Source: Pristiophorus japonicus
Lineage: Eukaryota
Length of the DNA stretch: 64,000 bases
Reading direction: 5' to 3'
NCBI RefSeq assembly: GCF_044704955.1
Contig: NC_091977.1
Span: forward strand, 124,062,001 to 124,126,000
Shown here: positions 39,670 to 50,204 of the stretch, piece after piece
Layout of the letters: each line of letters starts with the position of its first letter
Numbering within the stretch: the stretch's first letter is position 1
Notes under the pieces: generated by a model
Database searches by the model: none
The model's input: only the letters and a program-made list of their open reading frames with translations
Told to the model about the DNA's origin: nothing
Made by a program: the position numbers and the translations under genes

Positions 39670-40119
39670 TGGCCGATTTTAACCTTACCTGCCTAATGGT
39701 GGATGGCAGTTAAAATCACCCAAGTTATTTACCCGCTCTGGAGCTGCTGGCAACTGAAAGGTTTGTATTTTAACCCGCTATCCTAAGCAGGTGCCAAGAA
39801 CACTGGCACAAAGCCAGCAGGGTTTTTTTAACATATGCACATCGGGTCCTGATGATGTAATCGGGACTGACTGCAATTTTTACTTGCCTGCTTGGTGTAT
39901 CCAGCACAGACTGCTCACCTACCTGCTTGGTGGGCAATTTTCAGGGTTATGCGAATTTGCGCTGCTTCCCACCAACTCCTGAATGGATTGGGTGGGAAGT
40001 CGGTGGCAGCATTTAAATGAAACCTGGTTGTTAAAATCCTCCTTATTGCTGCAGCAGATGAGATTTGAACTGACACCAAAATTCATCTGCTGATAGCTGG
40101 CCCCCAGTTAAAATTGGGG
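39670..40119. mobile_element. Probable MITE
   Basis: Inverted ends CCGATTTTAAC / GTTAAAATTGG with internal repeats of the motif. Confidence 0.45.
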
Positions 40120-43100
40120 TCACAGTTGATGCACTCCCAGCATGATTTGCCTCATGAGTTGGGAGCACAGACGTGTGGGATTTCCTGGGCAGAAGCAGAA
40201 ATGCTTCTTAACGCAGCACCTACACTTCCTGTTGGTGACAAAGATTGAAATTAGACATTTTCTGCTATCTATTGTGCTGAGGTGAGGCAGGAACCTCATA
40301 TTGATCATAGAGCAGGAAGGACAGCCTAAGTCAGGCACAGAGTCTTGAAGTGTCATTTTAAAACCAAACAAAAGGGAACAAATTGATCTAATCGAAAGAA
40401 TTAAGCAAAAATGCAATGGTATGAAACCTGATACAACCCAAAAATGAGGAACAATCTTACCAAAAGATGCACAGTTTTACAGTTGGCTGTGGACTTGCAG
40501 GATTGAGCATTGGTCCAGCTTTTAAAAGCGCACTGTGCTGTCGCAACAAGTGCACACTTATAATAAATCATGGAGCAGCAAGAGCATGCCCCAACAAGCC
40601 ATCAAATCAATACTGTAATGAAGTTTGTGTGCGGGAGCAGCACAACCCTCCTCTGCCACAGTAAAAGTCCATCAGAAAACCCGAGGCAAGCTCAAATAAG
40701 ACAGATTAAACAGTTTTTCGTCTCCTTCTGTACCAGGTGGAATTTCATTCTTTATATATGCAAGACACCTATGATATTAAATCATACTTAACCACATTTT
40801 TGATCTACTCTCTGGGTAAATAAAATGTTAATGGTTGGAAATAAAGTCTTAACACATGCCTCGATAGGAATAATTGGGGCAATGTTTGAATGTTTTATTA
40901 AACTAATTATAAATACTTGAAATTATTCTTACCAATTAAGACCTTGTTCACACAAATTTTTGATTAATGTCTTATTTCAGAATATGAATGAGAACAGGAG
41001 ATTTGATTTTAAATTATCACAAAATAACATTGGTGTTGAAATTCTGATCTAACAAAGTTAGGATTAGTTTTATTTTACATTACAGTGAATGAGACTAATT
41101 TTATACATCGGAACAATTCTTCCATTATATGAAAGATAAGAAAAAAATAATGTTAATATTTTTTTCCCCAGGTCTGGGAGCATTTCAGGATCATAGCACA
41201 AGAAAGCAGTGCTGCTGGCTTCCTTACTAAACGTTAATAAATCTGCTTCAGGTACATCTGGAACGGGGTGTAGAAAGTAGTTGGCTATACTGAAATGAGA
41301 TTGGGCCCTTAAAGGTACTCAGATGAGAACTGAGGGTGATAACACATTAAAAACATATCAAGAGTTTAAACTTTTCATCTGTTATAGGTCAATCGTACAG
41401 ACACAGAGGTGTGAGTCAGTAAGTGATGCATAACTGTTCAATTATTATACTCATCAACCACTAGAAACATATGTTCTTCATGAAAAGTCATTAACCTTTC
41501 CCAGTTTGCATATCAAGCTCTTTGGAAGATGCTTCATATTTCTGGGAGCCAGTCTGATTGACGAAGGCTTTAGCACTGAGTCATATTGAAGGACACTGCA
41601 AAAGGACCATAAAACATCAGCAGGGTTATAGGGTCTATAGATTTTAATTGCTGTGTGCCACTGGGCCTCTACAAAGCAATCAACCAGGCAATCTCTGCAG
41701 ACGCTCTGCCATAATACATTTAACAATGGAGTTCTCACCCCATCAGCAATAAGGGGCTTATCAAAATCCCTATAACAATTAACGACCTTGTAAGGAGAAA
41801 TAAAAAGAAAAATCATTTAAGTGAGTTTGCCCTATTTTTGCAAGGCACATTATGCATTTTCAAGCATAATTTCTGATTTAATAGCTGTTAAACATTCTTA
41901 AGTTTTTCCACTACTTTGATTGACTGAATACTATATGATAGAATGTCATTAAAAGCTGATCAAAGTTTGCTTAAACTTTTTACACCTTGCATTGTTTGTG
42001 TCTTTTATATAGTGTACTTATTTTCCAAACAGCTAATTAAAATACATTGCAACAGTTGAATAATAACAGTTGTATCCATTTTTTCTAGAAAGTGACAACA
42101 TTTATCTCATAACCTCACCCACCAACTTATAAACCATGCAGGCATCTATAATACGAAAGGATTCTGGATTGGCAAGGCACTCTGAACAAATGAAGCCAAA
42201 ACAATATATACTTAAACTCATCTTGAGAATCGTCAGAACCTCCGTCTTGACCCTGGATTGACATAAGAAACCAAACTAATAGGAAACTCTGTGGTTGTTG
42301 AATGCCTCTGGTTATTCTATGCACATTCTCAGGGTCACTGCTACTGTAGGATGCCAAAAGCTTATTGACTTCCTATATTCAACTTTGAGTCCAATTAAAA
42401 ATTTGTTTGCCTCAAGCAATGGAGACAATGGTTAGTCAGTCTTGGACCCACTTGCAATGTGGGTCTGCATCTATGTTTTTTACAATTTAAAGAATAATCT
42501 CTGGGTTGCCAGTAGGGAGTTGAGTAACTTCTCAGCATTGCCACATATCTGGGGATTTCCTTAAAATATAAAGATTGGGATTTAAGTGAATGTGTATTTT
42601 TTCAGGATAGCAATACGACCTAAAAGTACAAAATCCCTGGAACAGTTCTATGTGAGATGGACAGTAGTTCATTCTTCACATTTCCAGTACTGGACAGAGC
42701 CATTATTCCAATTTGAAATAGGTTGCTAGCTGTGTCTGATGCCTTTGTTGTGTGACATATAATTCAAGGCACTGCAATTGTAAATCAAGAAGTGATCAGA
42801 ATACTTGTAAACATAAATACATTGATCTATGTTTTGATAAACTCTACCTTTATTGAACTCTGAAACTTCTCCAATTCTTGAAGAAAGGCAATATTTTTGC
42901 TTTGTATAAATGTTGGTATATTTTTGAGCTGCAGTTATTTGGATGTCCTGTTACCCATTGGCTTGGGAAGGGATTGTAACCAATCAACTTGCCCCACAAA
43001 TAAAAAGATATCAGGAATGCTTTGATAAGTAGTTTGGGGAAGTACAGCTGGTCAGGTAATATGTATTCTATTTGTAATCTACAATTTCAACATCAATTGT

Positions 43101-43189
43101 ATTCATTAACTGCAACATTTAAATAAATCTGCCAACATTAACATTTTGAGTTTTAATTTTAATATATGACAAAGTGACAAATATGCATT

Positions 43190-45760
43190 AATAAACTTGC
43201 AGAAGACATTAATACACTTGCACAATGGGCATATAATTGGCAAATGAAGTTCAACACAAATAAATGTGAGGTATTACATTTTGGTAGGAAGAATAGGGAA
43301 GTAACTTATTACTTGGAGGGTGTAAGTCTAGGTGGGGTAAAGGAACAAAGGGGTACAAATACACAAATCACTAAATGTTATGACACAGGTTAGCAAGGCC
43401 ATAAAAAAAGCAAACCCAGCACTAGAGGTTATTTCTAGAGGTATAGAATGGAAAAGTAGGGAAGTTATGCTAAATCTGTATTGAATCTTGGTTAGACCAA
43501 ACTTAGAGTGCGGTATACAGTTCTGGTTGCCATGTTATAAAAAGCATATAGAGGCACTGGAGAGGGTGCAGAGAAGATTTACAAGAATGGTACCAGAAAT
43601 GCGAGGGTATACATATCAGGAAACGATGAACAGGTTGGATCTTTTTTCTCTTGAAAAAAGGCTGAGGTCTTTAAAATTATAAAAGGTTTTGATAGAGTGA
43701 ATACAGAGAGAATGGGCCTGAAATTCAGTACCGCTGGAAAGCTGGTGCTTCCCCCACCTTTCTGTGGCCATTAGCGGCAACAATTTTTCATGGCTTGGCC
43801 ACCCCATATTCAGCTCCAAAAATGAACAAATGGGTTCCAGCGCTAATGAACCTTTCCAAAGTGGATTTTTCAGCGGTGTGGCTGTCTTAATTTGAGCACT
43901 ATCACCACTGAGAAATTCAGCATGCAGGTAAAGGTTTCTAACAAGCCAGCTGATCCTTGGCCTTTTTAAAGGCCAGGGTTTGCAGCAAGGCCCTGAGGGG
44001 GGAAGGAGTTTGGAAGGATGGCTGGTGTAAGAGGTGCAAGGAGAGCCAACAGGTTCACTGATAGAGCTGGAGACACTGATGCTTGATGTGGAGGAAAGAA
44101 GAAGAATACTGTTTTCTGACGGGGGAGACCTGGCAGACAGGCAGTACATAATGCATGGAGGGAAATTGCAGGGGCGTGGTCAGGCACCTCCATATATGTG
44201 AGGCCGCACCCTTCCAGGAGGGTGCTGGCCAGTCTGCACCCAGCCCTTCCAGAGTGGCGATGGGCCGATGCCTCCTAGCTCTAGGGTGACGGGGATCCTT
44301 CTCCTTTTCCTCCTCCTGCACCGCCTCCTCCTGCACCACCTCCTCCTGCTCCTCCTCCTCCTGCTCCTCTTCCTCCTGCACCGATTCCGACTCCTCAGGT
44401 GGTGCTGCTGGCTCGATCTCCTCATGATTGCCAGGTTGTGCAGCATGTAGCAGATCATGACGATGATGGAGACCCATTGAGGAGAGTTCTGCAAGGTGCC
44501 ACCAGAGTGGTCCAGGCACCGGAACCTCTACTTAAGGGCGCCTATGTACTGCTCGATGATGCACCTGGTTGTACAACGAGTGTCATTGTATGCATGCTCT
44601 GGCGCTGTCCTGGGGTTCCGCAGTGGAGTAAGCAGCCAAGTGGACAGGGGATATCCCTTGTCCCCAAGCAGCCAACCACAATCCTGATTCGGGCTGGTGA
44701 AGACGGCGGGCGCACTGGTCTGGCGCAGAATGAACGAATCATGGCTGCTGCCTCCCTTGCCCGCTGCCTGTCTGCACGGTGCTGACGGCGACACCTTCTC
44801 CTGCGTGCTGCCCTGCTTCTGAGCAGGTGTACCAGGTGTCGCCCTCCCAACACTCCTCCCATCCTCAGGGTGAACCCTGTCAGGCAGGTCTCTGAGCCCA
44901 CAGGCCTCCACTGAAGAGTCAGACCTGAAAGTTGTACAAAAATATTTGCAAACATCTGAGCAACTCAGCAGGTTGAATGATGGAGCCAAAACAGTTAATA
45001 AAACTATTAAAAGATAAATGCAGTGGATACTGTAATCTTAAATAAAATCACTAATAATTAATAAAACTATTTCCTTACCAAAGGGCCCCGATTGCAGCAG
45101 CACTCCAGCGGTGTCCCGTTCGAGCACCGACTCGATTACCTCGTGGGGGCATTGCTGGGGAAAGGCTTACCTTTTTGCAGCTGAAAATCCCTGTCCTTGC
45201 CACCTTCCAGTGGCCCGCACGCTGTTTCCCTCTCCGCTGGAATGTCTCCTTTACAGCGGCTTCACTGCGCCGTTTCCGGCGGAGGTGCACACCGCTCAAA
45301 TCCCCCCCGAGCTGAATATGGCTCAGGGAGGGAAAACCATCCGACTGCGGTGGACGATCAATCTTTTCAGTCTCCCGCCCAAACTCCGCGGTAACTGTCC
45401 CTTCGGAGACAGTAAATTTCGGCCTCATTGTTTCCACTTGTGGGGAAGAGTATAACTAGAGGCCATCAATATAAGATAGTTACCAAGAAATCCAATAGAG
45501 AATTCAGAAGAAACTTCTTTACCCAAAGAATGGTGAGAATGTGGAACTCGCTACCACAGGGAGTGGTTGAAGCAAATAGTATAGATGGATTTAATGGGAG
45601 GCTAGACAAGTATTTGAGGAATAAGAGAATAGAGGGTTATGCTGATAGATTTAGATGAGGAGAGATGAGGCTTGAGTGGAGCATAAACGCCAGCATGGAC
45701 TGGTTGCGCTAAATGGCCTGTTTCTGACCCGTATATCCTATGTAATCCTGTGTAAAGTAC
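43190..45760 (+). mobile_element. CR1 LINE split by Harbinger (43190-43713, 45430-45760)
   Basis: VRPNLECGIQFW then FPLVGKSITRGH..FFTQRMV collinear across insert. Confidence 0.88.
43714..45426 (-). mobile_element. PIF/Harbinger transposon, internally deleted
   Basis: TIRs GGGCCTGAAATT / AATTTCGGCCTC, 3-bp TSD AAT/ATT; transposase remnant SSHDSFIL..WLLGDKGYPL..YN..R.IIEQ.IG.LK..LHNL. Confidence 0.9.
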
Positions 45761-46429
45761 TAATTTAGTAGTGTTAACATTAATAATAGTTGTCATTTGT
45801 TTTTACAAATATGACAATTCAGGCTCTGCCAGTTTAATTAAGGAAATGGAATAAAGCTATGTAGACTAAAGCACAACTCACATACCTAGCAATTAGAGGT
45901 GGAAATGAACAGTTTAACCTAATCAATCCAGCCTGTAGCACTGTCCAAATTAGATTATGGGGCTCTATCTAGTCTCATTTTAACCTGGGGCTAGGGCTCA
46001 CGACAGTGCGCGCATGATGCCCAGGCAGGTTCACCACTCGAGCCATGAAGCCTGAGGGGAAGACATGGAGGTAGGCAGGTGGGATTTCGGGCGGCAGGAG
46101 GCCGTCGCCTGGGACCTGCGGGAATGGTCCCTGGCAGCCAGGTAAGCCAATCGGCGGGGTGGGAAGGGCTATACTTTTGAGGTGAGAAGCTCAGGGAAGA
46201 GGAAGCCCAAGTGTTCCTTGCGGAGCCACCTGTTTGGCGAGCAGGGCTAAAATCAAGGCTTCTGCATTATTTCCAGCCTTCCTCCACTCTCTCCATCTGT
46301 CCCATTTTCTCACAGAGAGAAACAGTGCAGAAGGAATTAAGTTAGCAAGATTACATATAGTAATTATTAGCCATTTTTAGGGTAATATTTTACTTGGCCG
46401 ATGTTTTAATGGCAGAGTTTTTAACGGCA

Positions 46430-46648
46430 GAGCCCAGTCTCCACATGCTGGAGCTCTGTGGAATGGGATCCAAACCCAACCCTATTGACGCAAAGGCAGA
46501 ATACTACCACTGAGCCAGTGGTCACTCTGCTTGGATGTGAGTACCCTGCTGGATTTCACCCCAATATTTAGAAACCATATTCTAGTCCCTACTCGCTGGA
46601 ACTGTCCGGAGTGAGGCTCGAATCAATCAACATTTGGCTTAGAGGCAT
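46430..46648 (-). mobile_element. Dimeric tRNA-head SINE
   Basis: Reverse complement aligns to 48670-48875. Confidence 0.65.
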
Positions 46649-46849
46649 ACTTAAATAGGAAAGGCTGTTATGTATTTAATAGGAGCAGACATTTCTCCAC
46701 ATCTCATTTCTCAGTCACCCACCCCAACTTGTTCCCTTTCTCCAAAAATTCACAGCTTTCTTCTCCTATCTTCCCTGGGGTAATGCTGATATTATTTGAG
46801 GTTAGTTATATAACAAAGGAGTCTTTTATGTTTCAAAAGGTAGTCTTTC

Positions 46850-47283
46850 AAAAGTGGACTTTCTGATGCCCCAAATCCAGAAACGCCCAGGTTCGGGTAT
46901 TTCTGGACTTCGAAACATCTTTCCCACGTCCCAAGTCCAGAAATGGACTGCCCGAGGCTGGAGGAGGGGGGGGTCGGCCGAGGCTGGGGGGGGTCGTCCG
47001 AGGCTGGGGGGGGTCGGCCCGAGGCGGGGGAGAAGTTGGCGGGGGAGCGGTTGGCGACAGTCTGAGGTGGGGGGGAGAGATCGGACGCGGTCCGAGGCGG
47101 GGGAGAGGTCAGACGCGGCCCGAGGCGGGGGAGAGGTCAGCGTAGGCCAAGGATGGTGAGTCCAGAGACGGAGTAGGTGGGGCGGCGGCGGGTCTGGATT
47201 CCGGAACATTTTCTGGATTCGGGACGATCCGTGTCCAGATTTCGGAACAGTACGGATTCCGGAACAACGGATTTTTGACGCTG
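46850..47283. mobile_element. Tc1/pogo (Tigger)-like MITE with G-rich internal tandem repeat
   Basis: Ends ..CTG-TA; subterminal TTCCGGAA repeats; about 20-bp CCGAGGC(T)GGGGG units 46952-47135; left end degenerate. Confidence 0.45.
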
Positions 47284-47557
47284 TACCTTTTCAGCTTGAT
47301 CATGCATCATGCACTATATTTTGACCATTCACTAATTTTAGTGGAAAAGTAGATAAGAATAAAATGTGGATTATTCATCTATATTTTCATGCGGCGAACA
47401 AAGTTCATTCATACAGGAGCAGAAGGGCCACCTGCTGCTACCCTGCACAGAAACGAAGAGTGCAATCCTCCAGGTCCGAATAAGTCTCTTTGTAAAAATA
47501 ATTCTTATAACTTTTCCGAGAAGTGGCTGAATTTTCTCTAAACTGTGCTTTCCCCAA

Positions 47558-48358
47558 TGAATCATAGAATCATAGAATGGTTACAGCACAGAAGGAGGTC
47601 ATTCGGCCCGTTGAGCCCGTGCCAGCTGACTGCAAGAGCATTTCAGCTAGTTCCACTCCCCTGCCCTTTCCCCGTAGCCCTGCATTTTTTTTCCTTCAGA
47701 TACTTATCCAATTCCCTTTTGAAAACCATGATTGAATCTGCCTCCACCACCCTTTCAGGCAGTGCATTTCAGATCTTAATCACTCGCTACGTAAAAAAGT
47801 ATTTCCTCATGTCGATTTTTGGTTCTTCTGCCAATCACCGTAAGTATGTGTTCTCTGGTTCTCGACCCTTCTGCCAATGGGAACAGTTTCTCTCTATCTA
47901 CTCTGTCCAGACCCCTCATGATTTTGAACACCTCTATCAAATCTCCTCTCAACCTTCTCTGCTCTAAGGAGAACAACCCCAGCTTCTCCAGTCTATGCAC
48001 GTAACTGAAGTCCCTCATCCCTGGAACCATTCTTGTAAATCTTTTCTGCACCCTCTCTAAGGTCTTCATATCCTTTCTAAAGTGCGGTGCCCAGAATTGG
48101 ACACAGTACTCCAGTTGAGGCCGGACCAGTGTTTTATAAAGGTTCATCATAACTTCCTTGCTTTTGAACTCTATGCCTCCATTTATGAAGCCCAGGATCC
48201 CGTATGCTTTTTTTAACTGCTTTCTTCATCTGCCCTGCCACCTTCAGTGATTTATGCACATATACCTCCTGGTCTCTCTGATCATGCACCCCCTTTTAGA
48301 ATTGTACCCTTTACTTGTTATTGTCTCTCCTCATTCTTCCTATTAGGATGTATCACTT
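47558..48358 (-). mobile_element. CR1 3' fragment
   Basis: LVRPQLEYCVQFWAP; (ATTCTATG)n tail. Confidence 0.92.
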
Positions 48359-48644
48359 CGGGTTCACTGACTGTGTACATGTGGTTGTTCATATGCCTGC
48401 CATTAACTCGACAGCATATTTAAATAGGAAAGGCTATTCGCCACTCAACGTACAAATATAAGTGATCCCTGCCAGAAAATAATGCAAAGTCAATACTATC
48501 GTCGTAATTCTTCAACCCGCACTTTGTGAGATTACCAATATAAAGTTATTAGTAACTTAATTTTGATGATTCAGTTCGTAAAATAATACTCCTAGTGGAA
48601 CTTAGCCATTAAAACTAGAAAGGTAACATGATCAAAATGGAGTG

Positions 48645-48960
48645 AGCTTTTGGCTTAGTGGTAGCATTCCTACCTCTAAGCCAGAAGGTGAAGAATTCGA
48701 GCCCCACTCCGGACAGCTCTGGTGAGTGGGGCCTAGAATATGGGGTGAAATCCAACAGGATACTCGCATCCGAACAGAGTGAGCACTGGTTCAGTGATAG
48801 GATTCTGCCTTTGAGTCAGAAGGGTTGGATTTGGACCCCATTTCAGAGAGCTCCAGCAAGTGGAGACTGGAGCTCAGTTTCTGAATACTGGATTGACATC
48901 CAGCAGGGATGCTTGCACTCAATGGGTATGGGTGGAAGACCCCATTGTAAAGATTAAGTG
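48645..48960 (+). mobile_element. Dimeric tRNA-head SINE
   Basis: Two A/B-box-like heads: TGGCTTAGTGG..TTCGAGCCC and TGGTTCAGTGA..TTTGGACCC. Confidence 0.65.
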
Positions 48961-49062
48961 ATGCTCTTTAGCCATCATTTCAGCCCACTTAGGACAAAGT
49001 GCTCTGAAGTTAAAGACCGTGAGGAAGGCAACAGGAAACCACCTCAGCTACTCTTTCCTAGA

Positions 49063-49300
49063 CATCATCATCATAGACAGTCCTTCGGAGTCGAGGATGA
49101 CTTGCTTCCACTCTAAAAGTGAGTTCTCAGGTGACTGAGCAGTCAATGCAGGACCTACAGTCTCTGTCACAGGTGGGACAGACAGTGGTTGAAGGAAAGG
49201 GTGGGTGGGAAGCCTGGGTTGATGTACGCACTTTCCGCTGTCTACGCTTAGTTTCTGCTTGTTCTCGGCGATGGGACTCGGGGTGCTCAGCGCCTTCTCG
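49063..49300 (-). mobile_element. RTE-clade LINE 3' end
   Basis: KRRQRK..CPTCDRDCRS zinc-finger end and (GAT)n tail. Confidence 0.8.
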
Positions 49301-50204
49301 GCACTGAGCACTCTTTCCTCATGTGCGAGACTTGAATTCGGACCTGCCCTGGGACAGGCACAACTGATGGATAGACCAGGTTCAATCACTGATAAACAAC
49401 AACAATAAGTGCAGTTAAGTACCGAAACAAACAAACAGAAAATTGCAGGAGTTACAGACTTGATCAGAAAAATGGTCGCAGAGAACCAGGAAGGCCCAAT
49501 ACATAGAGTATGAGATTGCATTGATGATTGCAGACATCATGGTCAGGAAGTCTACCATGTTTGGAACTGTTCTCAATCTCCATTGTCACATATTACAAGA
49601 GAAGCCCAGGGCTGGGGCAATGGTATGACAATTGAACACAACATTTTAAAATAAAAATAGTATGTCAGAAGAAAGTTCAATGACATAAAAACTATCATGT
49701 TAGAAACTATTACATTGAGAAACTGTAACAAGTTTAGTGCTATTAAATAGCCCAAAGCATTTCTTTGGCTTCTATCCTGAGGATTTTGGGAGCTTCTTTT
49801 GCATATAGGTTAAGAGATCTGAAGTTGGAAAGTCAATCACCAGCCTGAGATCTATGCGCCTGTTATTGGCTGAAATTGCCTTTAAAAAGAATACAAGAAT
49901 TGAGAAGATGCAATTGTGAAGAAGGTATGCAGTAATATCCAAATGTTAGCACGCATTCCATAATGGCTGTTACGTCATGTGCATTGAATAGGATGTCATG
50001 TTAGATTGGGGAATTTGCTTGGGTTGAATGTATGCATGAATGTGAGGAAAGAACACTTCCAGATGAAGACTAGGGGTGTAAAGGGCATGTTACCCTTCCA
50101 TGGTTATTGAAGATATTTGTAACTACTTTATTAGGGGCAGATAATTGCATTGATGATTGCTCTAGTACTTTGATAAGGTCACTGAGCTTTTGTTTGCACC
50201 TATT

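Noticed and set aside
41172-41290. Possible exon on either strand
   Set aside because: Plus frames stop quickly; minus frame phase does not fit the neighbouring candidate exon and lacks a clear donor
44055-44519. Glu-rich 154-aa ORF as a host protein
   Set aside because: Low-complexity acidic tail of the Harbinger transposase
48645-48850. tRNA genes
   Set aside because: Only degenerate A/B boxes with no cloverleaf; SINE heads
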